Positions 1 to 13,180 of a DNA stretch of 64,000 nt are shown here, piece by piece. This stretch comes from Octopus bimaculoides. Lineage: Eukaryota. How positions within the stretch are numbered: the stretch's first letter is position 1; the number at the start of each line of letters is the position of its first letter. Made by a program: the position numbers and the translations under genes. The stretch spans positions 191,989,914-192,053,913 of the forward strand of contig NC_068981.1 in assembly GCF_001194135.2 (NCBI RefSeq), given 5' to 3'. The notes beneath the pieces are model-generated. The model worked only from the letters and a program-made list of their open reading frames with translations, did not search any database and had not been told where the DNA came from.

Positions 1-1237
1 AGAGTTGATAAAGGTTAATCACATGATCACCGTGTGACCAACCAGATTATCAGATGTTTTTCACATTGCACTTTGTGTCATTTTAGCCTTTGAATGATGC
101 CACCACACTGGCTACGGAAGCAGGCTAACATTCCCCCAAATTTAAAGGGGGACTGGAGCAATGTGAAAAAAAAGTGTTTTGCTCAAGAACACAACATGCC
201 ATCTGGTCTGCAAATCGAACCCATGATCTAGTGACTGTGAGTACAACAGCTTAACCTCTAGGCAATGTGCCTTCACAATAAAGGTTAATATTGAATATAA
301 AACAAAGAAAATACCAAAGTTCTAATTGGTGCAAATAGATCTGAAGGACTGAGGCAGCTGAAGTGTGGTTAAATTTGAGGTTTTACAGGCTTAATACCAT
401 CATGAAATGATATACAATCTGAAATGATATACACGTGCGCGCACACAGAATCACAGAAACAGAGGAGGAAAATAAGTGAGTGCATGTACATATATATTTT
501 GAGAGAAGGGTTAATGTGTGATGGTGAACTTGCTTAATATAAAATCAACATAAAATGTAATTTTGCTTTCAATTTTTTTCTTTTTAATTTTTGAATACTG
601 TTGTTTTTGTAAATTTCATTTTAAGATAATACAAATTTACCTTGCGAACATTATTATTAATTTCATCATTTTGTCTATAAGTAGCAAGAAACTTGATAAA
701 AGTTAAATTATTGTATGCTACAAGCCTTATTTCCTGATATTGCCCATGATGGTAAAAATATACTTCTAAAGTTACTCATGATCATATGAGAAACACGATA
801 TTCTATAATCTTCAGATTTTACACTGAAAATATACTTAAGACTTCAAAGCAGAAAAGTAATCAGAATATATGTTTATATAATCAACTATAAATTATAATC
901 AGCGAAATTTGAGTGAAAAATTACTTTTTTTTTTTTGATGCATGAAAGATTTTTACATTAATTGTAACTATATCAATGGAGGAAAAAAAACATTTGTTTT
1001 TAAAGATGGATTGATGATGATAAATGACTGAATGAATGGTAATCTTAACCTTAAAAAATGTATGTTTAAGGTTTAAATTAAGAAACAGCTATCTTTAATT
1101 TTTATCTTAATTACTGCTCACATGATTGAGATTAATTATTTCTCTCTCCCACCCATCAGGTAACAAAAATAAGCTATTTTTAATGCCCAATGCTCCCTCC
1201 AGCATTCAATTACATCTACTCTTAATTAAAGAGACTC

Positions 1238-1244
<7 letters not shown>

Positions 1245-1308
<64 letters not shown>
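1245..1308. repeat. (GA)n microsatellite
   Basis: Perfect dinucleotide run. Confidence 0.95.
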
Positions 1309-1313
<5 letters not shown>

Positions 1314-2107
1314 GTTCGATAAATATAGAATATCTAGGAATGAGGAGACACCATGAATATAAAAAGATTTTCCCTACACAGGTGTAAACTTAAATGAAAT
1401 ACATGTCATAAAAATTCTATTTTGTGATAAACCCTTCAAGTTCGCAAAGCTACATTTAATACTAAATCCCTTCTATCAAAATCAACAAAGTGCAACATCA
1501 ATTCCTTAGTTTGATAGAAATAGAATGAAACTGAGCAAATTCTAATGTTGTTCTTAGAATAATTGCTTTTAGCAAACAAATAACACAAATACTGAAATAC
1601 ATTTCAAGATTACTTGTAACGTTGAAGAACTAGAATTCTTATGCTTACATAAAGTAATTAGATTAATTTCATTTATTTACACTGTAATTGGTTTTACTTA
1701 ACATTATTTCATGGAAGGCAAGTGGCTTAGTGGTTAGAGTGCTGAGACCACAATCATAAAGTTACTGGGCTCAATTCCTGGAATGAGTAATGTCATATGT
1801 CTGAGTGAAGCACTTCATTTCAAATTGCACTAGTCCACTCAGCTGTAAATGGGCACCAATTGAATGCTAGTACAGCCTTCTCTTCCTCCAACACCATATC
1901 CTCAATGTTCTATTAAACCAAGATGATTCAGCATGGTTTATTATTGTCATGGCTGGGATGAGAAAGCTTATATGTCTACTCACAACTACATCAATACCTA
2001 CAACAATTAGAGAAAGCATTGAGACCAGTTACTTAACCATACTCAAACAGAGGTGATGGCTGGTCCTACTTTATAGATTTCAATTAGTTTTCAAGAGAAC
2101 AAGGTCC

Positions 2108-2599
2108 ATCATCATCAGTTACCATCCATCTCCCATATCCGCATTGGCTGAACAGAGACAAGATCTTATGAGCTGCAGGACTGCTTCGGTCTCCAGTGTT
2201 TGGTTTGGCATAACTGAAAGCCTTTCCTGATGCCAACCACTTTACAGACATACTGGGTGGGTTTTGTTTTTGTTTTTTTCTTTTCTTGAGGCACTAGTGA
2301 AGTCTCTAAGTAACTTCCAAGACCAAGGAAAAACTGTCAACTGAGTGAGGAGTGAAGTCGAGAGGGAGGTGGATTTATGCCAGGTGTTGAGAGGTTAAAG
2401 TATGACAGGGGGACAGGCATAGTTGTCCTTGTTATAGAAGAGATATATAGCTACCCTCCACTATATCATATAAAGGTGGGTGGGAGTAGCTAGAAAGACG
2501 AGAATGATGATGAGGTGTCAGAGGGTAGTCTCAAGATATCATGAGGAAAATGTATTTTAGGTCTTGAAAATGTGAAGTGCTCATCAAAGGACCATGTAC

Positions 2600-2638
<39 letters not shown>

Positions 2639-2900
2639 CATAGAAAAAATATGGACAAGGAATTGGGAAGAGTAGATGGCTATAGAAAAATGTAGTGAAT
2701 AGAATAAGGGTGGAGGTGTGGTTGATAATAAATATCAGCATGGCAGGAAGGAAGGTGAAAGGATAGGAACTGCTCAGGAAGAAGGAGGTAATAAGTTGAT
2801 AAGTGGCAGTACGGGGAAGGGAGAAAAGCAAGGAAACTTTGAGAAGGAAAAAAAAAACAAAATGTGATAAATAAATAAGTTTTATAGGAAAACTTCTATT
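2108..2900 (-). mobile_element. Retroposon family C (pyrimidine-rich body plus RTE-type tail)
   Basis: gaggttaaagtatgacagggggacagg and gagctacatgg-like motifs are shared with 11640-12280, 36085-36800 and 52315-52790 (all -) and 53640-54085 (+). Each carries the RTE-like tail. Confidence 0.55.
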
Positions 2901-4155
2901 TGACATATTTATCGTTTGAGAAATTAACAACCAGCAGCTAAAAACTCTTCTTGATAGCTTAATACTGGTTGCTTTTAAGTCTCCTCAGTTTAGCACAAAA
3001 TGGCAGCAGCTTGTTGTGATTGGCTGACATTTCTAAATCAATGAACACACAGACATTATCTGTCCTGTCAAAGCAAATCATTTAGCTTCAATGAATTCTC
3101 CAAGTTCAAATTATTCCTTTTCATCTCATTAATGTCTGTGGCTGTGTTATAAAGACACATCCATACACTTCTTCATTATAACCACCAATGCAGCCAGCAT
3201 ACAGTACTATCTTTTCCATTTAATCCTCGTTGACATAATGGCTATTGTTGAAAATGTCTAAATCTACATAACCCTACTGAGCATCTGGTTAGGGGTTTGT
3301 TTTGTTTTTGACGCCATATAATCCATTTGTCTTATTTGCACAAACATTTATGCAAATCATAAAACGCCAGACTTGTGATATTCTATAATAACTACCTTAC
3401 ATAATCAACAAGTCCAGTTTTAAATATAGAAATGTAAATTGAATATATAGACAACTAAATGGGTGTTTGAATATAGAAATTAAAAAGAATACTGGTATTG
3501 CAATACTGTCGATGTTCCAAAATATTTTATTCAATAATAATAAATATATGTGAAAGTTATCCATAAAAAATATATCTACTTGGATTTGTTATTTACAAAA
3601 AACCCATATTCATATTTTAATATCTCTTTCAGATTATACATACACACACATATATATATGTATGTATGTATCAGAATAGGCTTGCTAATGAAAACTAAGC
3701 TAGCTTCATAAATGGAAGCCAGTTTAGCTAGTGCTACTTAATGATTCCTTACAGGTATGTCTACATATTGATGAATGCGCGCGTGTGTGTGTGTTTGTGT
3801 GTGCACGCGCACGCATGCATGAGTATGTAACAAGCAATCTATATAGCTCTGGCCTCTTTGATAGTAGGCAAGTTTATTAAGTGCAAAATTGGATACTAAG
3901 TAGATAAGGAAATGAAATGCAGCCAGGAGGTAAATTGCAGCCAATAAAATTACTTCTATAAACTTTAGTCAATGCTTTCAGGCAATTAGAGCAAAAGTAA
4001 GCAAAACCAAATGAAATTCATTAGAAAATTCTCAGTTTCAAATTATCTCCCTTATTAAATGTAGTTATTTCAGCTATGATATTACAGAATAATAAACCAT
4101 GCTGAATGAGTTGAAGAATGTTTGTTTTGCAATTATTAACATTGTTAATAATTAC

Positions 4156-4368
4156 AGGTGGTAAGCTGGTAGAATCATTAGCACACTGGATGAAATGCTT
4201 AGTTGCAATTTGTCTATTTGTTGTGTTCAAATTCTGCCATGGTTGATTTTGCCTTTCAACCTTTTTGGGTTGATAAAATAAGTATCAGTTAAGCACTGGA
4301 GTCAACGTAATCAACTTACCACCGCCTCGAAATTGCTGACCTTGTACCAAAATTAGAAACCAATAATT
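4156..4368 (+). mobile_element. SINE family F (different tRNA-like head)
   Basis: ggtggtaagctggtagaatcattagcac..gaaatgcttag...ttcaaattctgcc..gattttgcctttca...aagtatcagtt..cactggagtc, similar to 37171-37348. Confidence 0.65.
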
Positions 4369-4754
4369 CCAGAAGGAGGTTATGACAAACAAAACCCTAA
4401 TGACTAACCCTTATGGTACCAGCCTGCCCAAGACTGCTCCTGGTTCTATGACACAAAGCTTCTTGCTTTAACCCTTTAGTGTTCAGATTAATCCGTCAAA
4501 TGTAATGCTTATTTCACATTATTTTGAATTATTCAAGTTCAAGACGGATGTTCACAATATTTGCTTGTAACTTTGTTAATTTTTTATATACAGATTTGAA
4601 ATTTTGTCAGTGGGTGCTTGTATACCAGTGGTTTATAGTTATGTGATTTTAGCTGATCTTTCTGATTAAATTTGACTTTTATGGGCAGATAAATTTAATT
4701 AACAAGTGTAAAAGCAAGAATATTATGAATAAACACTAAAATTGAAATTCTTAA

Positions 4755-4959
4755 CACTTTCAATACCAAACTGGCTGAAACCACCTCTGGCTCTGTAGTA
4801 CAAATGTCTTATTTTCATTAGTTTTCAATTAAAATCTTAGTCACAATTTATGTTCCTAACACTAGCTTAATGATTAAGTTATTTTACTAAATTCTTTGTT
4901 ATATTTAAAATTAATTGAAAGAAATAGAGCATCTCAAAATAAATATGGTAACAAAAGGG
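4755..4959. mobile_element. piggyBac-type MITE (family M) nested in the piggyBac derivative
   Basis: TTAA at 4751-4754 and 4960-4963. Ends CACTTTCAATACC ... GGTAACAAAAGGG. Body similar to the other family M copies. Confidence 0.75.
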
Positions 4960-5327
4960 TTAATGCATCTAACCTGTTTGGTTTGTTACTAAAATTATCC
5001 CAGATGTCAACCACCAACAATTTTGCCACTTTTCAAGATGAGGTACATTAATTTGAATTAATTAAAATACAGGTATCACTCAAACATTCTCATTGAAAAT
5101 AAATTACAACTCTTACTAGTCAATATACCATTGGCTGTGTACTCTTATACAATTTAATGAATACATTTACATAACAGAATGCATCTAATAAAAAAAGCTC
5201 ATTAACAGGTGAGACAAAGGTGAGTATAGGTATGTAAAATACTGAAAATTAATATTACTCACTTTTACATATTATTTGTAATAAAATGAAAGGAATGATA
5301 GTATTACTATCAAACAACAAAATATAG

Positions 5328-6217
5328 TTATGTCATATTTCTATCATGACACTGTCCTAAGCACCTTTTAAATAAGGGCACTTAGCAAAATGAACACATA
5401 GATGAGGTCTCAACCTGATATCCTTTTGCAGTTCTTTTTTGCAGCAAACAGTCTGCAAACTTTTTACCTTCCATTTATTTTTTCTACTTTATTGGAGTCA
5501 CTGTTTCCTCTGTTGACATCCACCTCTGTTAATGATGCTTTTCTCCCAGTTCTGTGCTTGCTTTCTGGAAGACAAGACCTCACATAACGGAGACATGATG
5601 ACAACCCGAAATTTCAAATGGTCATAGTCCTTTGATGGCAGAGGTACATTGTGGCTTTTTACATAAACAATATATGAATTAGCTATAGTTAGACATAATT
5701 CTGGAGATATATGGATCATCATACCTTATATCAGGACTCCAATAGTTCCATAGTCAAGGAAGCTGCTTGATACCAAGCAATATTTATAGTAAAAAAAAAA
5801 AAAAAAAAAGCTCACAGTATCAGTTGGTTGCCTCAGTGGATTGGGTCTTCCATGAATAGAAATTATGTGTTGAGTATATTTATTTGTTTCTTCTGCAACA
5901 GTTTCAAAAAAACTCTTTGGTAAAAATAAAAATAAATAGTCCAATGCTTGAACATCAGGAGATAGACTGTGTTGTGGACTAGTCTTTTCTGCGAAATTGG
6001 GAATTCTGGTTGATGTAGTAATCTTCAACCATGTTGCAGTAATGTTTTCAATATCATTTTCATCACTTTCATTCTCAAAATCTTCCTCGTCTGACGAAGA
6101 TTCATAATTATCAATATTAGATTCATCCAAAGACAAATCACTGTTGTTTTCATTCATATTTTGTGCATCATCAAGAGTAAAACCTTCAAAGTCAGAATCA
6201 CTACTTCCTGATGTCAT
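5328..6217 (-). pseudogene. Disrupted piggyBac (PGBD-like) transposase lacking the central DDD catalytic region
   Basis: Acidic N-terminus MTSGSSDSDFEGF..., then DYLFLFLPKSFFETVAEETNKY, then (other frame) GIKQLP*LWNYWSPDIRYDDPYISRIMS. This joins directly to C-terminal IANSYIVY...HLKFR and a Cys-rich tail VETSSMCSFC*VPLFKRCLGQCHD. Contains stops and frameshifts. Confidence 0.85.
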
Positions 6218-7682
6218 ATCATTAAAAAACTAAGGTATACAATTCTCTTCAAATGTAGAAAAAGACCAAAGAAGTCCCGAAAATTTCATGGTATTTTCAC
6301 TTGAATAAAGGCAGGAAAGGTTTTATCTCACATTATCTCAAAGCTATGAGAATTCAATAACATGATTCGTTTATTTTCTTTTTAGCGATTTCATAGAGGA
6401 ATCAAATACAGCCAGATTTGGCTGGTTCAAACAAATAAGGGGAAATTATTTTCAGCTGGTTTTCACCAATCTGAGCACTAAAGAGTTAAAGTGACCTAAA
6501 TTAAAACCTTCCTTCAAAATTTCATGCGCATTTATGTTCCAAATACAAGATCAATAATGACAAAAAGTATTTTTCTAATTTCTTCATCAATATTTAATGC
6601 CCATATTCCATGCTAGCATGGGTTGGATCATCAGACCGGAATTGATGGATCCAAGGACCATATCATGCTTCACTGTTTCCATTATTTTCAGAATTAATGA
6701 AAACAAAGGAAGAGTATTTCATTTTTGTATTTGGTTTGCGAGATTCTTTATGTGAACTTATGACTTGAAATGTATTTCGTTGAATTTTATGCCAGTAATA
6801 AACATACACTGACCTTATTTCCCTTTTGTTATTTTTATTTGTCACTTTAACTATTTAACAAATTAACTAATCATTTGATTAATTATTCAGTTAATCAGTC
6901 AACTAGATTAGAACCAGTTCATGCATGCATTTAACGATGGCATAATGCCTCCTCCCCCTCTATACAACAAACAAGGAAGTGTAATTTCTTCAAAAATATG
7001 AGAATGAAAGGGTTAAAAGAAAAACATAAAATCAAAACAATTATAGATCTATTAATTCTTAACATGTCCCAGCAGATTTGAACATGAATATGCTATTTGC
7101 TTTTTGTCTTCAAAGAACAATATCTCTATACAGGCAATCTTAATGTTTGAAGTGTCTTGGTGACAAATATCCTCAGACAGAAGAGATTTGTACACATAAA
7201 GTGAAAAATAGCACAAGAACAGAGTGAGTACAAAATTTTTTTAAACATCAAATTGAAAGAAAAGCAGGAAATTTTAAGGTATTTTTTATTTATTTGGAAT
7301 TGTGTGACAAATTGACATTTCCTAAAAGTAAAAAGCATTTATCAGCTGACCGGTCATTTTTATCAAGAAGTGAGCAATAAATTTAAAATTAGTTCCAAAT
7401 ACTTCCTATTTATTATTGACTTTAATACTGAGATAAAGGGGATACCACATCTTATAAATTGTTGTCTTTCACACATAAAGATAGATTCTAAAATGTAAGT
7501 GTAGTTTTGTCATACCATAACTAATTGAGCCTTGAGGTAAACTTTAGAAAGCTTCTAATAGAAAAATTCTAGATTCTAAAACAACGCATGAAGATAATTT
7601 CTAAATGGAGCCTTTTAATTTACATACTGCTATCACAGGAAAGACTTCTGAATACACACATGCATACACAAACAAATATGCA

Positions 7683-7715
<33 letters not shown>

Positions 7716-7788
7716 GTATATATATATATGTATATATGTATATATATATATATGTATATATATATGTATATATGTATATATATATGTA

Positions 7789-7832
<44 letters not shown>

Positions 7833-7852
7833 NNNNNNNNNNTATATATGTA

Positions 7853-7922
<70 letters not shown>

Positions 7923-7950
7923 CATATACACACACACACATATATATATA
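7683..7950. repeat. Compound (TG)n/(TA,TATG)n/(CA)n microsatellite with a 10-N gap at 7833-7842
   Basis: Direct reading. Confidence 0.95.
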
Positions 7951-8667
7951 ACCACTTATATTATGACGTTCAAACCTCAAGGGTATGCCCTGGCACTTGC
8001 CACTATCTATATCTCTCTCTCTCTTTCTCTTTTCCTTTACTCAACCATCCCATTTATATTCTGATCCTCGTTCCTTTCGAGTATGCTCGGCACTTTGCCA
8101 CCATCTCTATCTTGCTGTCTCCTACTCTCTCTCTCTTTCTCCTTCCCCTGCACTTCCCTCAGGTTTGATAACCATGTATTTCCTTTGTAGCAGTGCACCT
8201 ATTTCTGTCTTCCTTCCTGATCTCTCTCACACTCTCTCTCTCCAGTTGAGTAACCTTGTACCTCCTCTGCAGCAAGACACCTGTTTCTGTCTCTGTCTCA
8301 CTATAACCTTTCATCATCTGACACAAGATCACTCCCTCCAATGCTCCTCTCCTCTCAAAGAAGATTTTTTTTGCCTTGCAAGTACTTGGTAACCCAGTCA
8401 GTGCAGGTGCCACTTAAAAGTACCCAGTCCACACTGTTAAGTGGTTGGCATTTTGAAGGGCATCCAACTGTAAAAACCTTGCCAAAACTGACCTCAACTA
8501 TGCTTGTGCCACATTAAAAGTGCTAAGTCTACTCTGCTGAATGATTGGAGTTAAGAAGGGCATCCAGCTGTAAAAATATTGCCAAAACAGTTGCAGAAGT
8601 CTGGTGCAGGTTTCTGCCTGGCTGGCTCCTGTCACATCATCCCACCCATGCCAGCATGCAATAATAG

Positions 8668-9410
8668 TGGAATTTAAGACAGGCTGCCCCTGGGAGCTCC
8701 TCTATGCTGATGACCTTGTTCTTAAGGCTGATTCACTATCAGAACTAGAGAAGAAATTTCAAGTGTGGAAGCAAGGCCTGGAATCAAAGGGCCTTAGAGT
8801 TAGCCTAACAAAAACCAAAGAATTAGTAAGTAGGAGAGCAGTAGGGATTTGTGATTTGTCTGCTCTCCTACTTACTAATTCTTTACTGTACTTGAGAAAA
8901 CCCATCAACCCATGTCAGTGGGACATAAAAAGCATCATTCAAGAGTTGGGCCTCACGGAGGCAATGTGACTGATGCCAGTGTCACATAACTAGCACTCAA
9001 GTGTTGGGCCTCATGAAGGTAATGTGGCCAATGCCAGTGTTGCGTAACTAGCACCTGTGCCGGTGGTACATAAAAAGCTCCTTTCAAGCGTTGCACCTCA
9101 TGGAAACAATGACAAATGACTGAGACCTTTGGTGATATGCTGTGCTTGAGAAAAAGACCCATCAAGCCAAGTGAAATTGTAGTCATAGCAGACACTGGTG
9201 TCAAGCAACTGGCACCCATGCTGGTGGTATGTAAAAGCATCCACTACACTCTCAGACCAGTTGGTATTAGGAAGGGCATCCAGCCATAGAAACTATGCCA
9301 AATCAGACTGGAGTCTGGTGCAGCCCCTCAGCTTACCAGCCCTAGTCAAACTATCCAACCCATGCCAGCATGGACAATGGACATTAATTGATGATGATGA
9401 TGATTATCAT
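8668..9410 (+). mobile_element. Rearranged RTE LINE fragment (YADD segment joined via a short inversion to the 3' UTR and tail)
   Basis: EFKTGCPWELLYADDLVLKADSLSELEKKFQVWKQGLESKGLRVSLTKTK. 8890-9410 matches the 3' UTR of the 50826 element and ends in (GAT)n. Confidence 0.85.
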
Positions 9411-9732
9411 CGTCTTTTAACATCCATGTTTCATGCTGGCATGAATTAGATGGCTTGACAGGATCTAATGGGTCTAAGGATTACTTTGTGTTTCAACTGT
9501 CTATTTTAGCATGGTTTCTATGTGTGGATGCCCTTCCTAATGCCAACATTCTACAGAGTGTACTGGGTGCATTTTTCATGGCACCAGCACACGGGAAGTC
9601 ACTATGTGGTCCCAAGTTCATTACCACTATGTGGTATTTTGAGCAAGTGTCCTCTACTATAGCCTCAGGCCATCCAGATTCTTGAATGAGAATTTGATAC
9701 TTGAAAACTAAAAGCTCATTACTCATTCATAC

Positions 9733-9763
<31 letters not shown>

Positions 9764-10807
9764 GAGACAGAGAGAGAGACAGAGAGAGAGACAGAGAGAG
9801 ATGTGTATGTGTTTACATTTATACTCTATGAAAATCACTATGAGAAGTGTTTTGTTATCACTACTTCTGTTTCTTCTGTCAACAAATCATCCACTCACTT
9901 CACACCTTTGAAGAGATGTGAAATATGAAATCAGGGTACCTGGTTACAAAACAATGCCTTGATTGTATATATGTCTGACCTATGATAGCATGGAAAAACA
10001 GGTGTAAATCACAAACACACAGGCATGAATGCCACATATTTTAGCCAAGATTACAATCTTAATAATCCCAATATTTTTGATTTTAATCTGAATAGGAAAT
10101 GGACTTTTAGATAGATTGTTAGTCTTTTTTATTGATTAAGTAGAAGGGATAAAGGTTTGTATGTCAAACTATTACAAGTTATAATTTAAATATCTACATT
10201 CAAAATATTTCCCCATTAATAAAACCTTTGAAAGTGTGCCCCAGTATGGCCACCGTTCACTGAAAGAAGTAAAAGACCAATATAATAAACATGCCAGAAA
10301 ATTATGAAGCTTTTCATTGAAACAGATTGCTAGGCTATGTCAACATTGCAAAGTACATGGATTGATTATTGGGTTTATTAAGAAACTGTTCATTCGCATA
10401 ATGGACTTTGGAAACATAATGCATTACCATGGTTGGAATTTACAGAAGATGATGAAGTTAAACATTCTAAAGGGAATGAATTTCAAATATTACAATGGAA
10501 AAGTGAACTTGAAAAGAAATATTTACTGAAAGAAAATCAAGATTTTTAAATGAATAAGATTTAAAATGAATTATAATACAAAACACACACACGAAAAGGA
10601 AAGGAAATATTTACCAATTTGGAAAGCTAAACACACTTAAAAATATTTAACAAATTTTCAGTTACAACTTCATCCCTTACAACTTGCATCTTTAAACATA
10701 TTCCCCATCACATTGTTACAGAACATCCCTCTCTATACCCTCTGTACTACTTATACTCCCCACCCCTACTGTTCAATGTGGGTAATTCCCCAATACATCT
10801 CCAACAC

Positions 10808-10839
<32 letters not shown>

Positions 10840-11056
10840 ATTGATTGTCTATCTTTTTCACAAACTCTCTCCTTCTTTCCTTATCTTTCCTTGTCTTACT
10901 GAGATGGCCAAGTTTCTCTTCTATAGTAAGACAACTATCTCTGTCCTCTATCATACTCTAACATCTTGCCTGGCACACATTCATTTCTCTTGGTTCCGCT
11001 CCCTCACTCAACTAAGATATCTTTGTCTTGCAAGTTACTTGTCAACCTCACTGGAT

Positions 11057-11200
11057 TTCTATCTACCAAATCCACTCACAAGGCTTTGGTCAGCCTGAGG
11101 CTATAGCTGAAGACACTCACCTAAGGTGCCATGCAGTGTGACTGAACCCAGAACCATGTGGTTGGGAAACAAGCTTCTTACCACACAGCCAGGCCTGTGT
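11057..11200 (-). mobile_element. SINE A/B head fragment
   Basis: ctaccaaatccactcacaaggctttggtcagc...aagcttcttaccacacagcc. Confidence 0.7.
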
Positions 11201-11639
11201 CTTCAGTATTATAATTGAAGCAAAAGTTGTATTTCAACAGAAACTTACTTAACCAAACAGTTAAGTCAGTCAATCCATTATTGCCCTCTGAGTAGCTATG
11301 CTGGCTGTTAAAAGCCACCAAATCTGCTGCCCCTTTTCAGACAAATTTTACATAGGATCCAGGTCCTGCCCATAACCACTCAATTCTTCGTACAAACTTT
11401 TTTGTTTGCTTTCAACCAAAGTAACCAACCAGCTCTGAGACCACTGCCCCTTCCAGTATTCTCCATCAACACATCTCTGAGCCACTTTATATCCTTGAAA
11501 TTATTGGATAGTAAAAAAGAAAAAAAGTAATATTAACACTTTGAAATCAATTCCCATGAAGCAGAAAAAGAGAGAAAAAGAAATATGTCAGATAATTTAG
11601 TGTATAATAAATTCAAAGTTGTAATAAAAAATCCTATCA

Positions 11640-12280
11640 ATTTCATCATCATTTAAAGATCATGTTCTGTGTTCCATGCTGGCATGGAATGTGGAAGGTT
11701 TCACAGGATCCAACCAGTCTGAAGTATGCATTGTGCTCCATCATCTGCTTTGGTATGATTTCTACAATGAAACACTCTTCCTAATGACAACGAGAGCTGG
11801 TGAGGTATCCATGCAGCTTGTAACACAACCTACACCAAAAGAGATGGCTTTACACTAGAAGATGAGAGGTTGAAGCATGAGAGAAGTAGGGTCAGAGTAG
11901 AATAGGTTTCTTACCATAGGGGAGCTACATGGTTATTCACGTTTTGGAAACGAGAGTAGGAGTGATCAAGGTAGATCCTCAAAGTACAAGGTGAGTAGAA
12001 GTGTATGAAGGAAGGAGTAGTGGAAGAAGTACCAAAAGTGTGGGTGGAATTTGCAAGAGGGTATCAAGGGATTTAGAGATAGAGAATAGATGAGAAGACA
12101 GGGAGGTAGGCAACTGCTGTAAAGATTGGGTAGGGTTGAAGGGTGGATGTAGTGAATGGTGAAAAACAAATTCTCTATGAGTTAGGGGAGTTGGGGATTC
12201 ATGACTAGGAGATGACTGATAGTATGGAGGGAAGCTTCAGAGATTTAGACAAAGGAAGCTAGGAAGATAGAGAAAAACAA
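11640..12280 (-). mobile_element. Retroposon family C
   Basis: CCATGCTGGCATGG tail followed by a purine-rich (plus-strand) body similar to 2330-2900. Confidence 0.55.
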
Positions 12281-12914
12281 TAACAACAACAAAGTATTTT
12301 TTATAGATTAAGCAAAGTGATCGTTAAAAAAGCTATGTATATAGATACAAAAGTTAACTGAGGACATAAGTTGATTAGTTTCATCCCACCGGATCAATAG
12401 AAACGTTACAGTAATCTCTCTCTCTCTCTCTCTCTCTCTAATATGTTGTCTATAATATGTGAATATAGGTTATTAGGACAATAATTCAGCAGACTCTAGT
12501 TTCAGTTGTGGGGGAATGCAAAAGAAAAACAAAAAAGATGCGGAAATAAATCAGAAAGGATGCTTGTCAATAATTGCATATTGGTTGGTTAAGTGGAAAC
12601 AATGTGTTGCAGTATTTCAAATAATTATTCTAAGGAAGTTTTTATTTTTTTTATTTCTCTCTCTTAAAGGTGAGAGGAGGTGGGTAGCAAGAACGATATG
12701 TTATACTTCACTGAAGCATAAAACCAGTTTATAATTTCTTTGCTTGAAATATATGATATTAATATTGACATGATAAACGAGACTATAATAATCTGTAACA
12801 CAATAAATGACAGGATTAAATTCCTTTAAATATTTTAGAGCATAGCAATCAAACTCAACAACCCATTTGGATCAATTTTAGATATCAAATGTTCATTAAA
12901 AGTATTGAAAGAGG

Positions 12915-12958
12915 TCAAGAGAGACAGAGGCAAACAGAGAATGAAACAGATGAAGAGA

Positions 12959-13028
<70 letters not shown>

Positions 13029-13180
13029 CACACACACACACACGCACACACATGCACGCACACACAGAGGGAGAGAGACAGATACACAGACAAAGAAAGA
13101 GATACAGAGAGAAACAGACACAGAAAAAGACAGAGAAATAACGACAGAGAGAAAGAGAGAGAGAAAAAGAGAGAGAGAGA
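12915..13180. repeat. Purine-rich (GA/GACA/CA)n tract
   Basis: Direct reading. Confidence 0.9.

Larger units (their letters stand above)
4472..6485 (-). mobile_element. piggyBac deletion derivative with intact termini
   Basis: TTAA at 4468-4471 and 6486-6489. Left end CCCTTTAGTGTTCAGATT versus reverse complement of the right end CTCTTTAGTGCTCAGATT (16/18). Contains a transposase remnant. Confidence 0.9.
4405..6600. mobile_element. Family M MITE split by the piggyBac insertion (about 4405-4471 plus 6486-6600)
   Basis: Rejoining the flanks at TTAA gives ctcctggttctatgacacaaagcttcttgctTTAAagtgacctaaattaaaacctt. This matches the uninterrupted copy at about 38200-38255 (ctcctggttctgtgatacaaatttcctgtTTAAagtgatccaaattaaaacctt). 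Confidence 0.75.

Noticed and set aside
3738-4230. Two hydrophobic minus-strand ORFs that looked like membrane-receptor fragments
   Set aside because: No recognisable motif or convincing splice signals. One overlaps SINE F and the other runs into a microsatellite.
7588-8168. Stacked long ORFs (YIYIYI, VCVC, HTHT, ERER, SLSL types) here and at about 12835-13281, 25706-26120, 30181-30584, 33804-34416, 46233-46778 and 49112-49699
   Set aside because: They are translations of microsatellites or N-runs, which lack stops by construction.
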